This document shows, in pieces, positions 10,492-22,871 of a DNA stretch of 60,812 nt; within the stretch, counting starts at the first letter, position 1; every line of letters starts with the position of its first letter. The DNA is taken from contig RBZT01000971.1 in NCBI GenBank assembly GCA_003693705.1, forward strand, positions 1 to 60,812. Direction: 5' to 3'. The notes under the pieces were generated by a model. It worked only from the letters and a program-made list of their open reading frames with translations. It did not search any database and was not told where the DNA came from. The stretch is from Polymyxa betae A26-41. Its lineage: Eukaryota; Protista; Endomyxa: Phytomyxea. A program made the translations under genes and the position numbers.

Positions 10492-12298
10492 ATGCCCTCA
10501 AATTCGCTTCTGGATTCGTCATTGAAAGCTGATTCGCTGCGTTCTACTCGCCGTCCGGTTGTCGCAATCACCACCGATATGAATTGCTGCGTTGTTTGTA
10601 ACTCTTCAATAAGCGGACATCATCTGTGTCCTGCGTGCTATCAGCTTGTGCACCCGTTTTGCGGGAAACCTTATGAATTCGACGACGAAGGACATGGTCA
10701 ACACATCTGGTGTTCGAAATCTGGAACATGTATGCGCTCTGGTCAACTCCCGCGGTTGCAATTGTCGTCTGATTCTTGTTCATTATCTGATGGTGAAACG
10801 AGCTTTGTGTGCATCACTTTCAAGCTGAAGCAATGAGGGCTCAAACAGGGTTAACTGGAAATTTACGATCCGATTTCTTGAAATCCATCAAGAAGGCGAT
10901 ATTTCATGATTTCTGCACAGATTCTGCTCTAGATGAGCATTTCGAAATATGCAAGGCGCAATACTCGATTTACAATCAGGCGATGAGTTTATTAGATCGG
11001 TTAGCAAATAAGAAAGAGAAAGTTTGCGCCACCTGGCTGGAAAATCCTTTTCAGCAGGGGCAGTATCAACTCAACGGGCTGAAGGAATTAATGCAATTGT
11101 AAAGAATCGAGGAGAGAAGAAAAACGAGCTGAAACGAATGAATCTTTACCAGCTTGCGCTTCATCTTGACGCCATAATTTCTCTTCGAGAGCAAGAAGCG
11201 CTGAAAACTATTGTAAAGTTAATAGAGAACAATAAGAAATGGAGCGACTTCGTGCAAACCAAGATACAAACCGAGCATAATCACCAGAGTGATTTCGTTT
11301 CGCACCGAAATAGTGAGCTTTCACCAGTATTTTCCATTCACCGGTTTTCAAACGACACTGATCAAGTTTGTGAAGTGATTGTAAATTATGATGACAATCT
11401 GGTCAGCTCCTGCTTTTGTACTTGCACGTTCTTTTGTTCGAATAGACTCCCATGCCGCCATATTTCCCATGTTTTGTCTCAACATTTCAACAGAAGCCCT
11501 TTCGATGTCGGCTTCCTTCCTGATCGATGGAGACTTGATCACCACCCTCTTTACCAGATGGCTTGCCGTCGCCTAGGTCTCAGTGCTGGTATAGAAAGAC
11601 CTCTTTCCGAGCCCAACGAGACTGCAAGCGTTCCAATAAGTTTGCAAGTGGCTGCATACCAGCAAATTGATTTTCCTCGCGATCAAGCTGCGAGATATAG
11701 CTGCTTAATGCAGGATTTCAAGCAGCTGGTTGCATTAGCGCAAGAATCCCCCAATCTGTACAAGCGAACCAGATTGACGATCGCCAGTTTAATCAACACT
11801 GCAGGCTCCCAAGCCACTGACATTTTTGATACAGAAACGGCGCCGGCAATCGGAATGCTAGCCCCAGAGCGCCAACGGGGGCGTGTCCGAAACCAAGATT
11901 TAGAAAATTGCTCGGTTTTAGCTCGAACAGGTCAGCGACCTAAACAGCGAGCCAAGGGAGTATGCTCGGTTTGTCGTTCTCACAATGTAGTTCCTGTGGA
12001 ATCCCACCGAGCAGGGTCATCACGTTGCCCATATACGGTAGTATCCTCACAGCCGCTTGCCAGCCAGCATCAGCAGATGCCAACAGCGGCTCCGGTAAAC
12101 GTCGCCGTTGCACAGGTTGTGCACGATCAACGAGCTTTCAACATGCAGCGTGGTGGCAGGATTCGATGTTCTGATTGCGAATCGAGAGGGATTCAAATCA
12201 CAGAATCACATCTCAGCGGTTGCCCCCTCCAATCGAATCCCTATAACCCAGGATTTGACGAACTGCAAATTGCTGAGGCACAATTGCTCAACTTTTGA
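10492..12298 (+). pseudogene. MULE transposase remnant: N-terminal PHD-like Zn finger, CxxH, FAR1-type STQRAEGIN motif, SWIM finger, C-terminal knuckle-like motifs
   Basis: CCVVC...HLCPAC..LVHPFC...WC; LCVHHF; FSAGAVSTQRAEGINAIVK; SWIM CTCTFFCSNRLPCRH; the first two catalytic Asp regions appear deleted; frameshifts at ~10800 and ~11030. Confidence 0.85.
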
Positions 12299-12794
12299 AA
12301 TATATATGTTTAAGAAATAAAATAGGAATCACTGCTGAGCAAAACGGGGAACAGTAATTGATATCCCAAGGAAAACTATTAACCGATATTCAATTCTGAT
12401 CATAAAACCATCTTTGGCGGCGAAGGCAAGGTATCTGATCTTCAATAACAACGCCGATCACAGAGGACTGAGACGCTGGGTGAACAGCACAGTGACAAGT
12501 TATCTCTAGTATCAAACCCGGCGGAAGCGCAACCTGATTTCAGCCGGAGGAAGAGCAGCCCAGTTTCAGCCGGCGGAAAGAAACGAGATTCCGCCCTAAG
12601 TCTCGAGTAAATCCAATGTGGTCATTCGAGAGGCCACGCACGCAGTTTTCTTGTCAAATCGTAGGAATAAGGCTTCCTCTACCGGACCTCGGATTCCTCT
12701 CTGAAATCATGAGAGTAGGTCTTCATTGTTTTGCCTCATTGTTATTCCATCATACTGTATTTAGAGATTACTCCCTATAGTTCAAGGATATATT

Positions 12795-14051
12795 ATGGAG
12801 ACTATAGGTACTCATAGCGGCACGTTCCATTGTGATGAGGTATATACATCATTCTAATCAATTGTAATTGTTTCGATGATGTAATATAGGCACTCGCTTG
12901 TTACATGCTGCGACAACTTCCTAGATTTGCTAAAAGTACTATTGTGAGATCTCGAGATCAGCAAGTTCTATCCCAGCTGACGATTGTTGTTGATGTTGGT
13001 GACGTAAGTATATTATATTTTTTATCAGCAGTTTTCATCACATTTCATGATTTAGGTTTATAATCCAAGCACTCTTAGATTTGATCATCACCAGAAGGGA
13101 TTCTTTGAGACATTCTCTTCAAATCACAACACAAAACTGAGTAGTGCTGGTTTGATCTATAAGCACTTTGGTCGTGAGATTATTCAGAATATAGTACCAG
13201 AACTTACGGATACTGATAATGAAATCATTTATAACAAAGTATATGATGCCTTTATTGAGGTATTCTTCATACTCGACTTTATTGATTTAGTTAGAATGAA
13301 ATTTATTATAGGGGATTGATGGTATCGACAATGGAGTAGCTGCATATAAATGTTCTAACGATAATTGCTCTGCTGGCGTTAATCGATGTTATATTGTTGA
13401 TAGTGATGTTTCTTCACGTGTTGGACGTCTGAATCCTGCATGGAATGAAGAAGTTGATGATGTAGAAATCGATAAGCGTTTCGTGAAAGCCATGGAGCTT
13501 GTTGGTAGTGAATTTCATGATCGTGTCTGCTCATACGCTAGAATCTGGCTACCAGGTACTAAGTTTTATATTTCTAAAAGATAATATTGACTGTTGGTTT
13601 AGGTCGGCAGATTGTCGAAAATGCACTCAAGAATCGTATGCAATATGATAATGAAGGTAGGATTGTTGTATTTGAGCAATACTGTCCTTGGAAAGATCAT
13701 CTTCATAAACTGGAGAAGGAGATGATATTATCTCAACCTATTCTTCATGTTATCTATCCAGATCAGTCGAAATCATGGTAATTAATTTTAGACTTATTAA
13801 TACCTATTGATATCGCTCTTTAAACCTGATTCAGGCGAGTTCAGGCTGTGTCTGTACAGCCTGGTGTCTTTACTAATCGTTTATCTTTGCCAAGTGAATG
13901 GAGAGGTATTCGTGATGCTGAATTATCTCAAATTTCTGGTGTCAATAATTGTATATTCGTGCATAATACTGGGTTTATTGGTGGTAATAAGACCAAGGAT
14001 GGTGCTTTAATGATGGCCAAGAAATCCATACAATTGCAGATCATGAACTGA
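12795..14051 (+). CDS. MYG1: MYG1 family 3'-5' exonuclease (UPF0160), about 6 exons
   Basis: IGTHSGTFHCDE|ALACYML, VVDVG..Y.P...RFDHHQKGF, KLSSAGLIYKHFG, IDGIDNGV, LNPAWNE, CPWKDHL, LPSEWRG.RD.EL..ISG...CIFVH.TGFIGG; ~50-nt GT-AG introns. Confidence 0.95.
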
Positions 14052-14404
14052 TCGTTCTTTGTTCAATACATTGTCAGATATTCGTTTCTAAAGCAAATAG
14101 TGCCTATCTTCATATCAGTTACAGCCTTTTGTTAAGCTATCGTCATTGCAGTTTATAAGAAAGGTATTCCTGAGAACACACACTCATAGTGAGAGAATAT
14201 ATTCTGTTCATGCAGAAACTTGATGATTTATCTTTGTGTAGCCGAATTCAGAAGATATAAATAAACAGACCGGTGATGCATAACCTGTGAATATAATAAA
14301 CTCAAATAGTGTTGATCATATCATTCATAGTAAAAGTATTGGAATCTGGGCGCAGAAAGTCGAACATAAATTCAAGGTATTCAAAATCACTAAATCTTTA
14401 CTTG

Positions 14405-15601
14405 ATGCCTCTTCGACGTGAGATTGCTGGAGTGTTTGCTAAGCTGCTTAGTCAGACTCCTGCTACTGCTCCAGATTCTCCTGAACTACAACAGATTGTT
14501 GTAATACCTTCTGGATTCAATCTGCTTGATGCATTCCAGGTTTGACTAAATTCAAACTAACCTACCTTAGATTACAGTGAGTCTTTTTAGCAACTCATCG
14601 ATAACAATATTTTATCAGCTCCCGTTTATGATTCCAATTCAAAAACCTTCCTTGGTTTTCTTGATTGTCGTGATCTTGTAGCTTTTTGTATTTATGCCAG
14701 TAATGAAGAGAATTGGTAAGTGTATCAATAACAAAATTCACTAAATGACATTATAATGTTTGAAGGTCGCCTTCTGTTCAAGACCTTATCAGTATGAGTA
14801 CGAAATCATTTCCAATCCCAGCTGCTCATATAACTGCATCTTGTCAGTATGCTCTATATGTTCAACGCAGTACGAACTAATTTTAGTTTTAGATCTAGCT
14901 CGACGTCATCCATATTACTTTGTATATTCTACCGATACTCTACTTACAGTTGCTCAAAAGCTAGCTGCAAGAGACTGTCATAGAGTTCCTCTTGTTGATG
15001 CTACAACAAAAGAAATGGTTGGCTTGATAACTCAATCAGCATTAATTAGATGGCTCTATGATCAAAGACATCGACTAAGTGATATCCATCTTCCAATGCA
15101 AAACTTCATTCAATGTTGGTTTTAGGTTCAGTTATGGGTCTCAAATTAAATGAAATTGGTCAAATTGGCTCCAGACCTGTAATTAGTTGTAATGCAGATA
15201 CACCTGTAATTGAAGCATTTACTCTTATGGATCGACATTCTATTAGTGCTATTGGCATTACAACTGCACAGGTTACAATATAGCTCTATTATGACCCTGA
15301 ACCCAGTATTTTATTGTAGGGAGAGCTCATTGCGACCACTTCTGCATCCGATATTAAGAAATTCTTATCCAAACATATCTCGCTTTCTCAGCCCATCATT
15401 TCATTTATTAAGGCACTTTACGATGACTATATTGACGCCCGAGCTCCATTGGTGTGTGTTAGAATGTCAAGCACTTTGGAAGAAGCTATTGGACGTATGG
15501 CAGAATCTAAGATTCATCGTATATTCGTTATTAGTGCTCAAAATGAACCTTTGGAAGTGATCTCAATCACAGATATTGTCAAGCTTCTAGCTAATCGTTA
15601 A
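14405..15601 (+). CDS. CBS-domain (4x) protein, SNF4/AMPK-gamma/Sds23-like, multi-exon
   Basis: AFQ|QLIDNNILSAPVYD...FLGFLD.RDLV; HRVPLVD...MVGLITQSALIRWL; IHRIFVI...VISITDIVKLL. Confidence 0.88.
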
Positions 15602-15650
15602 TAACAATTCTGTATTAGATGTTATTAAAGTATTCGGGCTGGAATATTCC

Positions 15651-16787
15651 TCATTTGTGCTTGTGTGTAGGGACTGATCCTGTCTGACACCATTTATTAA
15701 TCAGACCATGACCACCACGTCGTATACTCAAAACTACTGAATTCCATGAACTACCAGGTTGTTCATCTTCCCATGATTTCTTAAATGGCTGTACTTCATC
15801 TTCTTCCTGTGCTATCTCTTGGTATGAATATTCTCGAGTTGTTAATGAATGCTTCAGACTTCTCAGACGAATAGCACTCGTTTTGGCAAGATCGAATGCT
15901 AATCACACAATAGTTCGGTCATTATCAATAACTATTTGATCCGGAATAGATACGAACCTCCTTCAAGAAGACCTGGACCACGTTCTGCCATGATTACTGC
16001 TAGTTTACTCCCTTCAATCGTTGCTTCTGCTGTAATGATCTGATTCTGTTAGATCAGATTTGAAGATATTCCTGAAATATCTCTCTCGTGACTGAATTGC
16101 CATCATATGATTTATTAGCATGCCATATCAGGGCTAGGTCGAAATTTTTTCTTAACTGCATGAACTTCTGACTTACGATTTCGCTTCACTGCTCTTGGTC
16201 TGCGATTCTCTTGTTCCTAATATCACAAATTGTGTTAGACAGTTCATTTCAATTCCGATTATATACCTTCAACACACCAATACATGAGCGAGTGCTCCTT
16301 CTGTTTCCTGTCTTAACTTCACGTTTGGATATTTTCTTCACCACAGGTATGTCTTTTTGACCAATTATTGACGATGGATCTTGTATCTGTGTTTCGTTTT
16401 CGTTCATATCTGCAGTAATTACTGTCTGATAGTCGATATTTATGAGTAAGGGATCATTACTGTTTCTAGGAGTTTGCTCACATTGGTTAATGAAGATTGT
16501 TTCTCAGGTAAAAGTAGTTTAGAATGATGACGTATTGGTCGAGCAGCACCTAAAAGCGTATGACCAGCTAATGAAGTATCAGGGGCTTGCAGTCCTGAAG
16601 GTGACCCACAACCTTGTACTTGCTGAAACCAAACCCGAACGAATCTATCTTGATCTCCATATACTTGCTTGTTGGGAAAGGATTTCGGAACGTATTGAGG
16701 TCTAATAATAAAGTCATAGAGAAGTGACAGAATGATAGCAATGTGAATGATAACGGCTATAACAATCCAAATAGTGAATATTAACAT
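15651..16787 (-). CDS. Hypothetical protein with N-terminal TM/signal anchor, about 4 exons
   Basis: Hydrophobic N-terminus MLIFTIWIVIAVIIHIAIILSLL; GT-AG introns at ~16410-16460, ~16217-16266 and ~15899-15957 join open frames to TGA at 15651; no recognisable domain. Confidence 0.6.
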
Positions 16788-16822
16788 GTAACTAATTACT
16801 AATGGAATATGAATAGCTGATC

Positions 16823-18289
16823 ATGTCGGAAGTTGAGAAAGACGACATGATCGGGAATACAACAGGTCAAGAGACGTCATATTATCTGATACTACTATGT
16901 ACCATTTTGATAGCAGCAAGTCATTGTTGTATGATCTGTATTTAGGTATGAGTACAGATATATTGAAGTCAAGGCATTGCGAGACTAATACATCATATGA
17001 TATCAGACTGTAATATCACTAGACATGACATTACTCTTCTATTCTCATTTTCATACTCAGCAATACTGATCAGGCCCATATTTTATCCCTAGCATATTCA
17101 TATACAGATCAATATATCGCTGCTGGATCTTCAGATGCAATCATTCGAGTAAGTAAATCAGCGAACCAATGGCTCGTGTTCTTATCTACTAAGATCGTTA
17201 ATATCTCGACTCAACATCTATCTCACAAACTGAATGTTGGCCCTTCAAGCACAATGCCGATCACGTGTGTACGATTTCGTCCTAAATCTCACATTTCTAA
17301 CGTTCTAGCTGCATCAAGTATCAGTTATTGGATGTGCTACTAAATTTGATTGATATATGATAGGTGCAGATGGAACTATTCAGTATTTCCATGTCAGTAC
17401 ACAGCAACGATTATGCCGAATTGATGAACCTGGGAATGAGATCTATGCTGTAATTTGAAACTAACAGAGTTGATTTCCATCTTAGTACATTTTTTGAAAC
17501 AGATCGATTTTGATTGTACGGGTTCCTTACTAGCTAGCGGTGGTCATGATGGCCAAGTTCGATTATATGACGATGTTAGGAAACAATTACTGGCCACAAT
17601 GAGTTGTAATCAAAGCCAATATCAATCTCGATCACATTCAAGTCGTGTATTCTGTGTCAAATTCTCAAAATCATCTGCAAATACTTTAATGTCAGCTGGA
17701 TGGGATAACACTATCCAAGTTCTGTTTGCCATAAAAAATATCTCATTTATGCTGATATATTGTCCAGATCTGGGATATCAGAACTGGAAAATGTCAACGA
17801 ACTATATTTGGTCCACATATTGCTGGTGATTCTGTTGATATCAACAATCATGGACAGATATTGAGTGGGTCTTGGCGTCCTGAGCAAGGATTACAATTAT
17901 GGGATGTTGCATCAGGTCTCCATCTTAATTTAGAATCGTAAATAAGTTTCTGATGCATGCATCTAGGGAAATTAATTCAGAATATTGAATGGGACATGGC
18001 TCCAATGATATATTCGGTTTGCTTTCAACCTGGAGATACAAACCAGCTCTGCGCTGGTGGTTCTGGTACAAATAAAGCTGCTGTCATCAATATACATTCT
18101 GATCAGAATGTTCAAGTGAGATGAAGTGTCCATCGTCCAATTTGTGATGCTGAGCATATTTAGATCGCAGATGAATACCAACTGTCAAATCAAGAAGCTA
18201 TATATTCTTGTGTCTATTCTAATAACGGTAAGCAGATCTGCCTGGCAGGATCTTCACCATCATTACGTATCATACAAGTCGATGATTGA
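16823..18289 (+). CDS. WD40-repeat protein, multi-exon
   Basis: YIAAGSSDAIIR, LLASGGHDGQVRLYD, HSSRVFCVKF...LMSAGWDNTIQIWD, ILSGSWR...LQLWD repeats separated by short introns; start codon uncertain. Confidence 0.88.
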
Positions 18290-18309
18290 ATGTGGTTGGC
18301 TTTTATTGC

Positions 18310-19280
18310 CTAGAGCTGTGGCTCATAATGATCGAATTCGGTTTGTTGATCATCTAAAATATCATGATTGGATTCAGTAGGAATAGTAAATGATACTGGT
18401 ATATAAGCTCCATATACAGAAGTAGGAGGCATAGGTCCAGGTGGTATATAGATTACAGGTTGAAACCTATAGATATGAGAAAGGACCCCAATAACCCCAA
18501 TATCACACCACGTACCCATAATCAGTAGTATGAAATGGAGGTTGTCCATATACAACATAATAACCCCATGGAGGTGAAGAACCACTACTACTGCTACTAC
18601 TAATACTATTGCCACTTGGTCCTCCTGTACCTGTTCCTCCCCCTATTACTGCACTCATACTCCCATTCGTACTTATCGCTGGAGTCACTTTCATCCAAGG
18701 TTCGTCTGTACACGGTTCAGATCAGCACATCATTTCACAGTCTTTAATCTACTTCCGGAACCATTCGTGTAGCGCTTTCGGACTCCTTCCGCCGCCAGAA
18801 CACAGTTTGTTTTGCGGTCATCAATTACTGGATTAGGATCCTGAATGGCTCTTTCTGCAGATGCTTCATCTTTATAGGTAACCTAGGTAAAATCTTACCC
18901 AATAGCTTTATAAATTATTGACATTTTGCACTTACGAACCCATATCCTTTCGACCGTCCATTCTGTCGATCGACGATGACCGCTGCTTCGACTATTTCAC
19001 CATAGACAGAAAAATGCTTCTGCAATGATTCGGAAGTTGTTTCCCATGCTAATCCGCCAACGAATACTTTTGTTAGCGATGTGTCCTGTTGGTAGCCTGC
19101 CTTATATACATTCTTCTGTTTAGTTGCCGTCTCTGAGTTTGCTGCATGTCGACGTCGCTGACCAGATGGTTGCTGTTGTTGCATTAATTGAATATGTTCT
19201 GGCCCTGTTCGGTCCATATTGTATGTGAAAATCGGACCTTGATTATTAATTGTCATCCATTCCGGCGATGGGCGTTCCAT
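18310..19280 (-). CDS. RRM RNA-binding protein, RBM24/RBM38 (SUP-12/ARP1)-like
   Basis: [50 protein letters not shown]|[30 protein letters not shown] matches the RBM24/38 RRM; P/Y/S-rich tail; about 4 exons. Confidence 0.9.
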
Positions 19281-19528
19281 AATTTATACACTCATCGGTA
19301 CCACTAATTGCAAAGTCCTTATTTATCCCCTCTCGTTATGCCTTCTTGGCCATTACTCTTCAATTTTCAATCGCGATCCAATATGCTTCCGAGATCTAAT
19401 ACTTGGCACAGTTCCGGTCAGTCTATCAGTCATCCGATGCTTTAGTGAGGTTGGTACAAAGTGCTCTGGATGAGTCATCATATTCTTGACCATCATAATA
19501 CATTGAATGCATATCCTAGCAAACAATA

Positions 19529-19942
19529 ATGCCTTCCAGAATTCATTGTTTGGCAGTGATATTTTTAACCCTGTTCTTAGCGGGTGTATTCGCATTGGTT
19601 ATTATCTTTCTTATTCAAGATGCCAGCCTTAAGAAATTTTCGAACGTATCGAAATCAGACCTGGCCGAGTCGATCTCGAGCGACGTGCCATCTTATATTA
19701 CCGATTCGTCAAGCCCATCACCAAGATCTATATCATATTTCAACAATATCCCTATATCTATGAAACATCCTGCCATTGTGACATCTGGGTCAACTATCCC
19801 ATCTGCCACTAACAATCCTGATATTCTAGCTCAATCTAATCGTGATTCTGGGTTATCTCATGAACCTCAGCCAGATTCAGGTTCACCAGTCATCAGTACA
19901 TTGCCGTTTGTACAGTTCACTCAGCACGATGTGCAGGAGTAA
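19529..19942 (+). CDS. Hypothetical protein with N-terminal TM helix and Ser/Pro-rich tail (137 aa)
   Basis: Single ORF with a hydrophobic stretch LAVIFLTLFLAGVFALVIIFLI; no domain recognised. Confidence 0.5.
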   Translation: MPSRIHCLAVIFLTLFLAGVFALVIIFLIQDASLKKFSNVSKSDLAESISSDVPSYITDSSSPSPRSISYFNNIPISMKHPAIVTSGSTIPSATNNPDILAQSNRDSGLSHEPQPDSGSPVISTLPFVQFTQHDVQE

Positions 19943-20356
19943 AGTAAACTGGGAACTGCATGCAGGTCTGTCGATGTTAATATTTCAATTGGGTTTCCTG
20001 AAGAATTACATTTGTATTCGTTAACCTGCCTCTAGTAAATCTGCTGCCATATCAGTTACGGTTGTTAAGATATCAATTCATTTGTAAACTATGAAATCGA
20101 AATATAATTGTTTGTTTGTGGGTTTTAGCTCAATGGAGTTCCTATCTCCTAGATGTACAGAAGCCAATACTTCAAAATTCACATATGTTTGTAAAGTAAT
20201 TCCCAACTGTATCTGCTTTGATAAAATACCTCTGAGCTTGGTGTACAAATGCTATATGACTACATATGCCACAAGCATGGTATTGATATGGTAAACTTTA
20301 TTCGGTGGTTCGGTCGGTATCTGTCCCCGAAATGCATTCAGTTCAGATTTGAAAGA

Positions 20357-20725
20357 ATGCATGCCAAGATATTGAAAGTATTACTACTACTAGTATACCT
20401 AGGATTAAGTCCAGTCTTGTGTAATTTAAGACATCATGGCAATTGGCATTATAAGCATCTTCCTATTCATGTATCAATGACATCTAGACAGACTACAAAA
20501 GATCCCCAACATACTACTAATCATATAGACCGAGAGCCAGTACGCCTCACAATTGTCCAGCTGTTCCTGATCATATTATCCAGTTTATTTATCGGCGTTG
20601 TATCTTCAGCGGTATGCATTGTTGTCAAACAATATCGGCGACGATCTCTTGAACGACGGGCAATAATGGCAGATTTTGATTCCATATCACCGATCTTGTC
20701 AAGGGATATCTTACATGTTATTTAA
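20357..20725 (+). CDS. Small predicted type I membrane protein (122 aa)
   Basis: Signal-like MHAKILKVLLLLVYLGLSPVLC, a TM segment IVQLFLIILSSLFIGVVSSAVCIVV and a basic stop-transfer KQYRRR. Confidence 0.55.
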   Translation: MHAKILKVLLLLVYLGLSPVLCNLRHHGNWHYKHLPIHVSMTSRQTTKDPQHTTNHIDREPVRLTIVQLFLIILSSLFIGVVSSAVCIVVKQYRRRSLERRAIMADFDSISPILSRDILHVI

Positions 20726-20816
20726 CTAAATGCAATATATTGTGTCATCTGGGTTGAGTCATGCTAATAGTCTTCATGGATCAGCATCATTGCTGTAAAG
20801 CAGAGATTTTATCTTT

Positions 20817-22545
20817 ATGGCTGAACTGCATTTAACAGAGTCTAGATCTCGATTCAGGTATTGGTTCCATCATCCTACTAGTCGTATTACGAATGTCGTC
20901 CTATCATCTGTACTAAATTGTGTTCTCTTCTCTAAAGATCCTATTGGATATTCTCCAGCTGAAGCCCAGATTCCTATATTCGGTAATACAAGTCTGATCT
21001 ATAAACTTCACATGAATATCTCATATATACTGATTAGGTCCCGCTGGGAAGTTCATCTTCTATCCATATCCCTTCCTTGATACCTGGGGGCTCATCTTTA
21101 AAACGGTCATTGCTATAATCTATCTCATTGCTGGCATGATATTCGGCAAGTATATCATCCATAATTATTTGCTTCGTGATAGATTTAGGTATTAATTACA
21201 CCTGAATTACAAGCCATAACTTAATCTCTCATACAGATGGGCAATGTTCAATGATGATAAAGGTTCATGGTTCTGTATGCTGATATCAAGTATCTGGTCT
21301 CTGTATACAGGATGCTTTCTATTCAATCTGATAGACAAAATATATCATCCACATGTGTAAGTAATCACATGATAACAATATGCAATTACGTATTGATATC
21401 AGAGCTGGTCACGATCATGAAGAAATTGGAGACGGCTTAGGATTTACATTTGCCAAATTGCACGAATTTCTGAGCCCGTTTTCACTGACATTCAGTATCT
21501 TTGTCTTCATCATGGTATTTGATGACGTCTTGCAGGTAAATCCAGGAGTGGTTATTCAATGGAATATTGCAATTGATAGATTAACAGGATAGAAGTGATC
21601 TTCATAGATCTACATCAGAACATCTTGGTGCAGATCCATATCCTAATACATGGATATCATTAAAGAGAATCTACAGGTCTGGACATGGTGCTGTAAGAAT
21701 GATACTATTCTGGTATTCACATATCATAGACATCTTATTTACTGTGAACTCAAATGTACCTCCCTCAGGACTGTCATGCTTCTAATCTTTCTCTTGCATG
21801 GATTCGTATTGGAATATGAAAGATTCGATCATAGTTGGATACATTCGAATTTATTTCCTGCTATGTCAGAACTTGACAGGTTATTAACAACTTTTATGAT
21901 TTGATGTTTTCTGAGTAATAATATTCAGATCAATACTTGCATCTATAATCACAGCATTAGAACTTCTATCAATTATGCAAGATGAAGGGTTTCCAAGATT
22001 CTCATCTGTCCATCGTGTACGTTTAGTGGGATTTAACTCAAGTCGAATCCATTTCGCCTTGAAAAATTTTGAAGTGGTTGTTACTGGAAAATGGTTCAAC
22101 TACTCATTCGTATTGTGGACAATTGGCACTGATTTGATCATGTTTTATTATCAGGTTAGCTAACAAATCATTATAACCGAATCAACTAATGCATGAACAT
22201 ATAGTTCACGTATGAGCCCACCATCTATCATCAATCTGTTGATGATGAAGGATATATTATCTACTCAGGTGGAGTTCTAGAGAAATCTACGTTAGTATTG
22301 ATCTGGTTTAAATCGAGGAAACTCAAATGATGTGGTACAGTTACAAAGGCACAAAGCCATACCTAATGTGTCTTTCGTTTCTACCAATCTTTATTGTATC
22401 GGCGATCTTCGTTTTCAGCTTGGTAAGCGATGCTAAGTCCAAGAAGAGGGCCAAGTCGATTAGCATGAATACTCAAGACCTAGATGAATCTCATGAAACA
22501 GAAGAATCTCTAGCATTTGATGAATCCCAATTACGGGACGTATAA
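20817..22545 (+). CDS. TMEM117: TMEM117-like multi-pass membrane protein, multi-exon
   Basis: FRYWFHHPTSRI...DPIGYS..EAQIPIFG, GKYIIH, MFNDDKGSW, IMQDEGFPRF and VTGKWFNY match TMEM117 motifs (FRYYFQHP, DHGSW, MQDWEFPHF, ITGKWFNY). Confidence 0.85.
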
Positions 22546-22871
22546 ATCCAGCTCGTGCAATATTTTTTGCATCATGTCATTATTTAAAGAGATTACCAAA
22601 GTATATAAATAATGTCTTGCCTTATTATAACAAGAAGAGCAATGTCAGGAAATGTCATGGAGAACTGGATAGAAAAATGATAGCAAAATGTTCACATGTG
22701 GGACTTGTGAAATAATTGCGTAATAGAAAGTGCGCAGATTCCGGTGTTGTCGCTCACCACATTTCTGTTTCCACTAAAAATCCACATAGTCCTCCATCGG
22801 ATTCCATACATTATCGCTCTGCAATTGCGTTATCGTAGTCCTTGTCAGCAAGAAAACCGATCTGATACTAG

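Larger units (their letters stand above)
9494..12593 (+). mobile_element. Mutator-like element (MULE), 3.1 kb, internally deleted, non-autonomous
   Basis: ~80-bp near-perfect TIRs (CGGAATCTCGTTTCTT/TTCCGCCGGCTGAAACTGGG...GGGTTTGAT); 9-bp TSD CCCTAAGTC at 9485-9493 and 12594-12602; internal SWIM-containing transposase remnant. Confidence 0.95.
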
